From a virus (taxonomy: Duplodnaviria; Caudoviricetes), in IMG/VR virus record IMGVR_UViG_3300025652_000290, positions 1-32,284 of that record: a DNA stretch of 32,284 nucleotides; one strand, given 5' to 3'. Every line of letters begins with the position of its first letter. Position 1 is the stretch's first letter. A model generated the notes under the pieces. It was given only the letters and a program-made list of their open reading frames with translations. It ran no database searches and was not told the origin of the DNA. Of this stretch, positions 18,904 through 25,741 are shown one piece after another. Made by a program: the position numbers and the translations under genes.

Positions 18904-19038
18904 TTATCTATTTAATTCGTACCTATCTGCTATTGCTGTGAACACTAACACGAATGCGAATAAACCAATGCCAAGTACACAGATGTACCCAGCCAGTTCA
19001 CCAAACATTCTTATTAATTCTGCTAACATTGAAATCAT
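18904..19038 (-). CDS. 44-aa membrane micro-protein
   Basis: Not in the ORF track. MISMLAELIRMFGELAGYICVLGIGLFAFVLVFTAIADRYELNR; ATGA overlap with the upstream gene. Confidence 0.55.
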   Translation of the reverse strand: MISMLAELIRMFGELAGYICVLGIGLFAFVLVFTAIADRYELNR

Positions 19039-19223
19039 GCTTTCCCCTTTTGTTTATCCCAGAAATCATTCGCATACTCCGTTAAGCGATCTACCAACTG
19101 CTGGGCTTGATTTACTTTATCATATTCGTTTTCTTTCTTTCCTTCTAAAATCACCTTTCCTAATCCTTCCATAATCAAAGTCATATCTTTTGTACTAATT
19201 TGATTTTTTTTCATTTCCCCCAC
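19035..19223 (-). CDS. Hypothetical protein (~59-62 aa)
   Basis: Coupled ORF in the early operon. Confidence 0.55.
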   Translation of the reverse strand: MGEMKKNQISTKDMTLIMEGLGKVILEGKKENEYDKVNQAQQLVDRLTEYANDFWDKQKGKA

Positions 19224-19552
19224 TTCTCCCTTTGCACCAATAAACTGATAATTGAATAGTTCCCAATATCTAAAAAACTATCTTCTATTGATTCGTTTTT
19301 TGGATCGGTTTGATTGATAAACAAATTCAACAATCGTTGGATCTTATCATTCATACGAAACCATACCCCTTGAAGGCTAAAATTCCTTTCCTCCTGGGTG
19401 TTTAATTGTGTTCCGACACTTATATTGCTTGGACCATAATCAAACTGTTTCTTGCAAAATAAATCATATTGCTCTTGCTGTATTTTTACAAACTCTGAAC
19501 AGGTCTCTGGATACATCTTCTCAACTTTTTTTACTATTTTGTTTTCGGACAT
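19211..19552 (-). CDS. DUF1599 / nucleotide-modification-associated domain 1 protein
   Basis: KKQFDYG..NI, RMNDKIQRL and ESIEDSFLDIGNYSII motifs; SD GGAGG. Confidence 0.8.
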   Translation of the reverse strand: MSENKIVKKVEKMYPETCSEFVKIQQEQYDLFCKKQFDYGPSNISVGTQLNTQEERNFSLQGVWFRMNDKIQRLLNLFINQTDPKNESIEDSFLDIGNYSIISLLVQREKWGK

Positions 19553-19719
19553 ATTCCCTCCTTAACTTTCTTATTAACCCTGCTAAATCTTCTGGCGAGT
19601 AACACCAAAGAGGGAGCCAACCCAGTATCATACGTTTCATTTGTAATACTTTTTTCGTACCTAACCCTAATGGAAAATCCAATTGGGCTCTTGAGTACGT
19701 TCTTTGATATTCTCGCCAT
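19534..19719 (-). CDS. Hypothetical protein (61 aa)
   Basis: ATG start; fills the gap between the annealing protein and DUF1599. Confidence 0.4.
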   Translation of the reverse strand: MARISKNVLKSPIGFSIRVRYEKSITNETYDTGLAPSLVLLARRFSRVNKKVKEGICPKTK

Positions 19720-19740
19720 TTCTTATTTCCAGAGTAGTCT

Positions 19741-20334
19741 TTAGACAAATTGACTGATGATTGATTTAGTTTTATCATCTAAATCTTTGACACTACTCAT
19801 AATCCACTTTATGTAGTCAAGATCCTCACCAGCTACCTGGGACCACATCTTACCTTTATGCTTTGTAAAATTGCAGACTGCATCTTTTATATCGTGGCTA
19901 TTGCCATTCATTTTACTCATTGCCTTGCCTACTATCTTATCTACACCTGTAGGTTTTTTCTGTGTTGGGGGAAACTGGCTACCATCATCCTTTGTTAGAT
20001 CTTCCCACTTTTCTATTTCTTCCTGGGATGCAAGTTCACTTTCACCACCATACATTGGATCAAAAAAAGCCAATGCTCTTCCTACTGCAACAGTCTCTGC
20101 CTTTTCTAAAGACTTTTCTTTTGCAATAGCATTAAAACCATGCCCTGTTGCTAAAATAACCCCCTCCTTGTTAAGAATTTCAGCCTTAAAAACAACATAG
20201 TTATCTGTAAGTGTGGTTATATTGGTTTGGATAAAAAAACCTTTGTCTGGATGGTATTTTTCTTTAAATGCAGTAAGCCTATCCACAACCTTTGTGTATA
20301 ACTTTCCACCTTGTACTCTGATTCGCTCATTCAT
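19741..20334 (-). CDS. Single-strand annealing protein (Sak/Rad52-like) with a small C-terminal F.KHKG..W domain
   Basis: Y..V.DRL..F, ATGH and LEKAET.AVGRALA motifs; adjacent to YqaJ; SD AGGAG. Confidence 0.7.
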   Translation of the reverse strand: MNERIRVQGGKLYTKVVDRLTAFKEKYHPDKGFFIQTNITTLTDNYVVFKAEILNKEGVILATGHGFNAIAKEKSLEKAETVAVGRALAFFDPMYGGESELASQEEIEKWEDLTKDDGSQFPPTQKKPTGVDKIVGKAMSKMNGNSHDIKDAVCNFTKHKGKMWSQVAGEDLDYIKWIMSSVKDLDDKTKSIISQFV

Positions 20335-20346
20335 AATTAACTCCTA

Positions 20347-21276
20347 TTATTTTAATCTGAATGTTCTTGATACTCCAGATTCCTTCACATACTTTGCATA
20401 TTCATCTGGATTTGATTTTTGGAAATCGCCTCGATCAAACACCTTCCTGGGTTTACTACTTTTCCAGGTAGCAAGCGTATCTTCACCGAAAGTGATTAAT
20501 TCACACCCTGCCATTTCTGATTTGATTGCGACTTCCAAACCTTTAATTGAGCCCTCTAAATCTTTCTTCTGGCTCTTTAATTCTTTTAATGCTTCTATCT
20601 GTTGTTTTAACTCGATAGATGCTTCCATAGATGCACCATTTGAATCTGGATACATCTTCTTCAGATCTTCAGCATTTGATGGATCTGGTGCAATTTGAAT
20701 TGCTACATGGTTATACCAGAAATCCACACATTTATTAACTACCATCTCTGCAAACTCTGGATTATAATCATACTCTTGGATCTCAAAGTTCTCTGGACCA
20801 GCATACCCAAAAGTAAGTATAGCCACATATGCCTTTCGTAAACCTGTGATAAGCATCTGTCCCTGGATCTGTGTATAATATTGTATAGGTAGTTCAGCAC
20901 CCCAGGATTGCCTGGCTAAACTGTTCGCTGTTTTAATCTCCAAAATAGATTTACTACCATCTTTATGGAAAATCTCTCCATCTAAATTGGTTGCTAAAAA
21001 ATCATGTTTTGGATGAAATTTCACAAACCCATCTACAGCCACTGCTACATCTAATTCTTCCTCTACCCACTTGGCGATCATTGGTTCTGCATCTCTGCCA
21101 AACCTCATGCGAAGATTGTCAAAAGGCTCATAGCCATATACTTTTTCCATATACACATCATATGGACTTTTGTATGCATTGTGTAACCCAGCAACCACAG
21201 CCCATTCAGAGGATCCGATATAAGTCTGTCGTAACTTTAGATCCAGGTCTGGTCCTTGCTTAATAGGATCTCTCAT
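20347..21276 (-). CDS. YqaJ-like (lambda-exonuclease family) recombination nuclease
   Basis: R...IGSSE...V.G...YKSP..VY.EK, FG...EP, LATNLDG, LEIKT, YYTQIQGQM. Confidence 0.9.
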   Translation of the reverse strand: MRDPIKQGPDLDLKLRQTYIGSSEWAVVAGLHNAYKSPYDVYMEKVYGYEPFDNLRMRFGRDAEPMIAKWVEEELDVAVAVDGFVKFHPKHDFLATNLDGEIFHKDGSKSILEIKTANSLARQSWGAELPIQYYTQIQGQMLITGLRKAYVAILTFGYAGPENFEIQEYDYNPEFAEMVVNKCVDFWYNHVAIQIAPDPSNAEDLKKMYPDSNGASMEASIELKQQIEALKELKSQKKDLEGSIKGLEVAIKSEMAGCELITFGEDTLATWKSSKPRKVFDRGDFQKSNPDEYAKYVKESGVSRTFRLK

Positions 21277-21359
21277 AGCACCCTCGCCACATTAAACAAT
21301 ACACAAAACACAATAAGGAGCATAATCACAGCTTCTATTACTTCTTCAAATTTCTGCAT
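21273..21359 (-). CDS. 28-aa hydrophobic micro-protein
   Basis: Not in the ORF track. MQKFEEVIEAVIMLLIVFCVLFNVARVL; stop overlaps the YqaJ ATG (ATGA); GGAG upstream. Confidence 0.5.
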   Translation of the reverse strand: MQKFEEVIEAVIMLLIVFCVLFNVARVL

Positions 21360-21609
21360 GGTCAAACTCCAACGGTAACGACTCACAACAATCCAAACAG
21401 ATTAGATCCTCACCTACATTGTTTTCTGGCTCTGCTGGTATCCACTCGACTTCTGTATGCTCACAAACCTCTACAATGTTGTCGATCTCAAACCATCTTC
21501 TATGCTTTCCCCAACGAGGGGCTCGACCTGGTAACTCATGCGGAGAAGTAGATGAGGACATTGAGCGGATGTCATCACCTCCAGGTCGAGTTAATGTTAA
21601 ATCTTTCAT
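21346..21609 (-). CDS. Hypothetical protein (87 aa; C-terminal C.H...CxxC)
   Basis: TAATG coupling; its 5' half overlaps a structured GC-rich element. Confidence 0.5.
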   Translation of the reverse strand: MKDLTLTRPGGDDIRSMSSSTSPHELPGRAPRWGKHRRWFEIDNIVEVCEHTEVEWIPAEPENNVGEDLICLDCCESLPLEFDHAEI

Positions 21610-21881
21610 TACTTGCCCCCCTGTGATTCTTCTTCCTCGATTCTTTCATATTTCTCACACTCTTCTCCATCATCTATGACCTCATAAGTAATGTGTTCAT
21701 AGACTAATCCAAGTAATGCTTTGGCAACCTTATCTCCACAATTTGACCATACATTGTCTACATTACCTCCACTGTGTACATGGACACGAAACCCCATATC
21801 TTTAAGTGTGTTTGCCAAAAAGTAAACTGGAATATCTTGTCTGTGATGGACATGATATACTTCATTCATTTTATGTTCCAT
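21609..21881 (-). CDS. Hypothetical protein (90 aa, His-rich N-terminus, acidic C-terminus)
   Basis: Second gene of the early operon, with a purine-rich SD-like sequence. Confidence 0.55.
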   Translation of the reverse strand: MEHKMNEVYHVHHRQDIPVYFLANTLKDMGFRVHVHSGGNVDNVWSNCGDKVAKALLGLVYEHITYEVIDDGEECEKYERIEEEESQGGK

Positions 21882-21898
21882 TGCTCATTCCCCTTTGT

Positions 21899-22111
21899 TT
21901 ATAGTGTATGTACTTGGTATCGTTTGCTCTCGATATATTGATCCAAGTCCTTTTGTTTAACTCTGTACTGCCTGGCACTTAATCGATGACCAGGTAACTC
22001 TCCTGTTTTAATTAACATCAAGACTAATCTGTTGTCTTTTAATGCTAAAATCTTTCGTACTTCCTCTACTGTAAGTAGCTGTAATATGTTTTTATTGCTA
22101 TTCAAATGCAT
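21899..22111 (-). CDS. Excisionase / Cox-like HTH_17 DNA-binding protein
   Basis: LLTVEEV...L........LIK.GELP..R.....YRV...DL..YI pattern; divergent from the repressor-integrase pair. Confidence 0.8.
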   Translation of the reverse strand: MHLNSNKNILQLLTVEEVRKILALKDNRLVLMLIKTGELPGHRLSARQYRVKQKDLDQYIESKRYQVHTL

Positions 22112-22226
22112 CTAATGTATCTTATTGTGTTATAATTAATTAAATAATTAACAGAATATAACTTATTATATTTTGTTATAAAAGTAATAATTTATAATAT
22201 TTTATAACTATCTGTAGGAGGATAAA
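22112..22226. promoter_or_regulatory. Lysis/lysogeny switch region with candidate operators and promoters
   Basis: Very AT-rich gap between divergent genes. Inverted repeats TAACAGAATATAA/TTATATTTTGTTA (22149-22178) and GTTATAAAA/TTTTATAAC (22175-22208); extended -10 TGTTATAAT at 22128-22136 (+); TATAAT on the minus strand at 22165-22170. Confidence 0.6.
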
Positions 22227-23018
22227 ATGGGCTCGGTTGATGATTTTATAAACAGTATTAAACTTAAAGAAGGGCTTCGATTTGATCGTGAAGTTGCTGA
22301 ATTAGTTGGTGTAGATAAACATACACTGGCAAATGCTAAATTAAGGAACAAACTTCCTCAATCTTATGTTATATGGTATTGTAAAAAATACAATATCTCG
22401 ATTGAAGCATTTAATAAAGAGATTTCTATAACAAAAGATAACACAGGAGAAGAAAAGATGCATGATTTTGCAATGAGTTTAGCAAAAGATAAGATCCAGG
22501 CATTGGAAATGGAAATAAATGAACTAAAAAAAAGAAGTCACCTCGTACAAAATCCGACTAAAATCATAACCACAAGTTTATGGGACACCATTGACTATGA
22601 TGTACAGACGTTCCAAACATATGACTCAAGAGACTTTGGATACTTTAAAAGTTATAAAATAATACGATGGCAAGAGTTTTTTGCTAAACTTGGTTATCAT
22701 GGCGAGGAAGCAGAGATTATGCATCAAGAACATCTTGATTCTATGGATATTAAAAATAAAAATACAGATAAAGCTGACGGTTACGAAAACTTCTTATTAC
22801 ACCATGAAGCTACAGATTCTCGCCTTTATGATAGAGAGACAAGTAATAAATTTTTTGAATATGAACGAAAAGCCCAAACTGTAAGTAAAATGAATAGATT
22901 TAATCTTAATTACAAGCATAAAAATGGTAGCTATGTACCAGCGATTTTACATTGTCTTTTCGATTTTGACAAATTAACAGGAATAAGTAAAATAAAATTT
23001 ATTGATATGGTTGAATAG
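22227..23018 (+). CDS. Immunity repressor: CI-type HTH, coiled coil and PAS-like C-terminal domain
   Basis: N-terminus IK...GL..D.EVAELVGV...TL.N...RN.LP.......C..YNIS resembles the Phage_CI_repr HTH; SD AGGAGG; C-terminal FFAKLGY..EEA and YKHKNGSYVP resemble PAS/PAC motifs. Confidence 0.7.
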   Translation: MGSVDDFINSIKLKEGLRFDREVAELVGVDKHTLANAKLRNKLPQSYVIWYCKKYNISIEAFNKEISITKDNTGEEKMHDFAMSLAKDKIQALEMEINELKKRSHLVQNPTKIITTSLWDTIDYDVQTFQTYDSRDFGYFKSYKIIRWQEFFAKLGYHGEEAEIMHQEHLDSMDIKNKNTDKADGYENFLLHHEATDSRLYDRETSNKFFEYERKAQTVSKMNRFNLNYKHKNGSYVPAILHCLFDFDKLTGISKIKFIDMVE

Positions 23019-23979
23019 TTTGAGCAGGATTTACAAAAGAAATGGATCTCCATATTGGTGGTATACCTATGGAACAGCCCCTCATAGAATCCAAAGATCT
23101 ACTGGTGCTACTGATAAAAAAGTAGCTGTTCGTATCCAGGCTAAATGGGATGAAGAATTGGCGTTAAGAAAAGCTGGTGTTTCCATACCGACTGTTGACC
23201 TGCAAATACCATTTCGGCACTACATAGATGTTATCCAACAAAATAAAAAGCATTCCAGGTATAAAGATATAAAATCAGCATTAAATATGTTTATGACATT
23301 ATGTCCCAGCATAACCAATAAACACCTTACTCCATTTTATTTGCAAGAATATTATGCAAAACGTAAAGCAATGGGCAGATCTCCAAAAACAATTTTAGAA
23401 GATCATAAGGTAATAAATAACTGGTGTGAATGGATGATTGTTATGGGTTACCTATCAAAGAACCCAGAAACAGGCCTAATTCGCCCTAAAAGAGTTAAGG
23501 TTAGACCTCGTAAGGCTTACACCAGGGATGAAATAAAACACGCTTTAAATGAAGCCTGGTTAGATCATGATAAGCGATTATGGAATACTCTTTACAAAAC
23601 AGGATTAAGGGCTGTTGATGGATGTACTTTAACAAATGACAATATTAATGGAAAATTTATAGAAGTGAGTCAAGGTAAAACCGAAACCTATGATAAAGAT
23701 AGTATTGTAGTCGTACCTATGCATAAAGATCTGCAAACAATGGATATATATAATATTATGAATCCTGGATCGATTGGAAACTCCAGAGAAAGACTTAAAA
23801 AGATTTTAGGACATGGCGATTTACATACCCTTCGCCATTCGTTTGCATCGCACTTGGAAGAATTTGGTGCTACCAGATGGGAAACCAAATGTTTATTAGG
23901 ACATAAAGCCGATAGCGTGACAGCACAATATGTTCATATAAATGTAGATAAACTTTCTCCCTTAATAAATCAATTATAA
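23002..23979 (+). CDS. int: Tyrosine integrase
   Basis: Arm-binding N-terminus IYKRNGSPYWW...RST; catalytic R (TGLR), K (GKT), HxxR (LHTLRHSFAS), LGH and Y (TAQY); adjacent to attP. Confidence 0.93.
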   Translation: MIWLNSLSRIYKRNGSPYWWYTYGTAPHRIQRSTGATDKKVAVRIQAKWDEELALRKAGVSIPTVDLQIPFRHYIDVIQQNKKHSRYKDIKSALNMFMTLCPSITNKHLTPFYLQEYYAKRKAMGRSPKTILEDHKVINNWCEWMIVMGYLSKNPETGLIRPKRVKVRPRKAYTRDEIKHALNEAWLDHDKRLWNTLYKTGLRAVDGCTLTNDNINGKFIEVSQGKTETYDKDSIVVVPMHKDLQTMDIYNIMNPGSIGNSRERLKKILGHGDLHTLRHSFASHLEEFGATRWETKCLLGHKADSVTAQYVHINVDKLSPLINQL

Positions 23980-24027
23980 TAAAGAACAATTTGATTGCTG
24001 TAATATAACCCAAATTGTGGAAAGTAA

Positions 24028-24053
24028 GGGAAGGGGGAGGGGATATATGGGGG
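24028..24053 (+). other. Canonical G-quadruplex-forming motif
   Basis: GGG-AA-GGGGG-A-GGGG-ATATAT-GGGGG. Confidence 0.55.
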
Positions 24054-24133
24054 TAGTCATTGTCACATTATTGTCACATTTTTAATCCTGCCTACTGCAT
24101 CTTATTCACACTAAACTACACTTCTTAAAAAGC

Positions 24134-24160
24134 AAAAAACCCCTCAATAAAGAAGGGTTT
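24134..24160 (-). terminator. Intrinsic terminator downstream of the tRNA fragment
   Basis: Minus strand AAACCCTTC-TTTATT-GAGGGGTTT followed by further T residues. Confidence 0.7.
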
Positions 24161-24167
24161 GTCGTCA

Positions 24168-24213
24168 GTACGCCCGGGAGGATTCGAACCCCCAACCTTC
24201 TGGTCCGTAGCCA
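24168..24213 (-). mobile_element. attP core: 3' half of tRNA-Arg(ACG)
   Basis: Minus strand TGG-CTACGGA-CCAGA-AGGTT-GGGGG-TTCGAAT-CCTCC-CGGGCGT-A-C gives anticodon loop, T-arm and acceptor 3' strand; no D-arm or 5' half. Confidence 0.9.
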
Positions 24214-24270
24214 CAAGTTATACTATATATATAAGAACTTACAGGGATGTGTCACATTATTTATGTGACA

Positions 24271-24750
24271 TTAAACTCGGATAGATCTCCGAAACCAACC
24301 ATACCAATACTTCTCCTGGCTTGATTTCTTATTTACAATGTCTGCAAACTTTAAAACTCGGTAAGACCTTAACCTTCCTGGCTCTACATTCTTACAAGCT
24401 GATAGGGTTGCTGGTCCAAGCCCACCGTCTACTGCTATAGTATATGTGTTCTTACCATTACAGGCTCTTTGTAATACCTTGACTGCACCTCGCTTTCCAA
24501 AATTAACCACCATGTCAAAATATATTTCACGAAGCTGTGCTGGTATTTGTTCTGCTTTGGAAGGGATCCAATAGTCTTTATAATAAATATCTTTTGCTTC
24601 ACGCTCTGTTAAACTTTCTATATCCAGGTCTGGGTATGCTCTTTGGGAAACACCATATTTAGTAGTTCCACCTGGATCCAGGGGATCCTTTGTTATCCTG
24701 GATCCCCCTTCTGATTCAATTACCTTATTAATCACTTCTTTAAATGTCAT
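24271..24750 (-). CDS. Endolysin, glycoside hydrolase family 108 with peptidoglycan-binding C-domain
   Basis: EGG, DPGGTTKYGVS, YYKDYW, FDMVVNFG, VDG.LGP.TL and GWFRR. Likely start ATG 24750 (ATGA overlap). Confidence 0.92.
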   Translation of the reverse strand: MTFKEVINKVIESEGGSRITKDPLDPGGTTKYGVSQRAYPDLDIESLTEREAKDIYYKDYWIPSKAEQIPAQLREIYFDMVVNFGKRGAVKVLQRACNGKNTYTIAVDGGLGPATLSACKNVEPGRLRSYRVLKFADIVNKKSSQEKYWYGWFRRSIRV

Positions 24751-24968
24751 TCTACTATATCTACTTTTGATTGAGTTTCCAACCATACTTTTGCACCACA
24801 AGATAAAGGTTTATTTGGACTGTATACAATTTCCGATGGACCATCAATTTTTACTTTTTTAGCATAATTATTTGATTTATATGTTTTAACTGTTAAAACT
24901 GGTTCATTTTTATTATGCTTATAGTTTGACTTTATTTTATGTTGATTAACATGAATTATTGTTTTCAC
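24747..24968 (-). CDS. Phage hypothetical protein (73 aa)
   Basis: IHVNQH.I..N......P.LTVK.......I.GPS..VYSP.KPL.CGAKVW.ET pattern, which I recall from other phage genomes. Confidence 0.65.
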   Translation of the reverse strand: MKTIIHVNQHKIKSNYKHNKNEPVLTVKTYKSNNYAKKVKIDGPSEIVYSPNKPLSCGAKVWLETQSKVDIVE

Positions 24969-25202
24969 TTAAAACGGTAAATCCTCATTCTCTGCCATTG
25001 CAGGTTCTTGCTTTCCCTGGAACTCTGAAACAGATATTGATAAGAATTGCTTTGATGGATCTTTCTTTGCAGTCTTTTTCCATCCAGCTAATCTCATTTT
25101 TGTACCGTTCATTGTTATATTGCCAGTATAGTCTGGCTGGTTTTCTTTTTCTTTCTTGTCATTGACAAATAAGACACCACTGTTATCATAGGGTTGGTCC
25201 AT
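24969..25202 (-). CDS. Small putative ssDNA-binding protein (DUF736-like)
   Basis: G.LF.N..K....PDY.G......LAGW pattern, SSB-like acidic tail EDLPF, SD AAGGAG. Confidence 0.65.
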   Translation of the reverse strand: MDQPYDNSGVLFVNDKKEKENQPDYTGNITMNGTKMRLAGWKKTAKKDPSKQFLSISVSEFQGKQEPAMAENEDLPF

Positions 25203-25230
25203 TTGTTCTCCTTGTTTTTTGTTATAGAAA

Positions 25231-25380
25231 TTAAAGTGTACTCACAAATACTTTTATTTTTGCTACTATTTTATCATCTTCTTTTGATGGTGTTACTTTT
25301 GCAATTAATTCTAATACTTTAATTACAAATCCCTTTACACCATACTTCTTTACTTGACCTTTGATGTATCTTTTTATCAT
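25231..25380 (-). CDS. 49-aa putative holin-like peptide B
   Basis: Not in the ORF track. MIKRYIKGQVKKYGVKGFVIKVLELIAKVTPSKEDDKIVAKIKVFVSTL; TAATG-coupled. Confidence 0.6.
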   Translation of the reverse strand: MIKRYIKGQVKKYGVKGFVIKVLELIAKVTPSKEDDKIVAKIKVFVSTL

Positions 25381-25529
25381 TACTTATCCTTCTTTACTAT
25401 TTTTGTTAATCCTTGAAATACAACATCTAACAAAATATCATCCTTATCACTTGGAGACATCTTCACAATCTTTTCTAATACCATAAATCCCAATAAAACC
25501 CATTCCCAATTACTTGTTAGCCATTCCAT
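25380..25529 (-). CDS. 49-aa putative holin-like peptide A
   Basis: Not in the ORF track. MEWLTSNWEWVLLGFMVLEKIVKMSPSDKDDILLDVVFQGLTKIVKKDK; TAATG-coupled; GAGG SD. Confidence 0.65.
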   Translation of the reverse strand: MEWLTSNWEWVLLGFMVLEKIVKMSPSDKDDILLDVVFQGLTKIVKKDK

Positions 25530-25741
25530 TACATAAACCTCATTATTATATTAACCATTATTGGAAACGTAACTAACGCTATAGCACCCCAAGTTTGTAT
25601 TTGAGCAATATCGGCATTATGCCTATTTACTTTTCCGTTAAGCTGTTCTAAATGTTTTTCAATTCGACCTAAAGACGAATAAATATTTTTAAGTCTTTCA
25701 TCGTGTCTTGTTAAAATTCTTGTTATATCATTATTATCCAT
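25529..25741 (-). CDS. XhlA-like protein: coiled coil plus C-terminal TM helix
   Basis: Coiled coil (RIEKHLEQLNGKV) followed by hydrophobic WGAIALVTFPIMVNIIM. Confidence 0.55.
   Translation of the reverse strand: MDNNDITRILTRHDERLKNIYSSLGRIEKHLEQLNGKVNRHNADIAQIQTWGAIALVTFPIMVNIIMRFM

Larger units (their letters stand above)
24061..24270. repeat. Integrase arm-type binding sites (TGTCACAT x4) flanking the att core
   Basis: TGTCACATT at 24061, 24072 and 24250; inverted ATGTGACA at 24263. Confidence 0.75.

Noticed and set aside
19521-19778. 85-aa minus-strand ORF
   Set aside because: Overlaps both neighbours substantially; 19534-19719 fits the gap better, although neither is certain.
104-21679. 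Short plus-strand ORFs in the track (e.g. 288-536, 931-1218, 6334-6762, 13986-14381, 20213-20698) and minus-strand 104-343
   Set aside because: They are antisense or out-of-frame shadows of long, well-supported minus-strand genes and have no recognisable motifs.
22681-23888. Nested ORFs 22681-22884 (+) and 23688-23888 (-)
   Set aside because: They lie wholly inside the repressor and integrase, with no SD or recognisable motif.
24168-24213. Complete phage-encoded tRNA-Arg gene
   Set aside because: Only the anticodon loop to acceptor 3' strand is present; upstream sequence cannot form a D-arm or 5' acceptor strand. Interpreted as the attP core.
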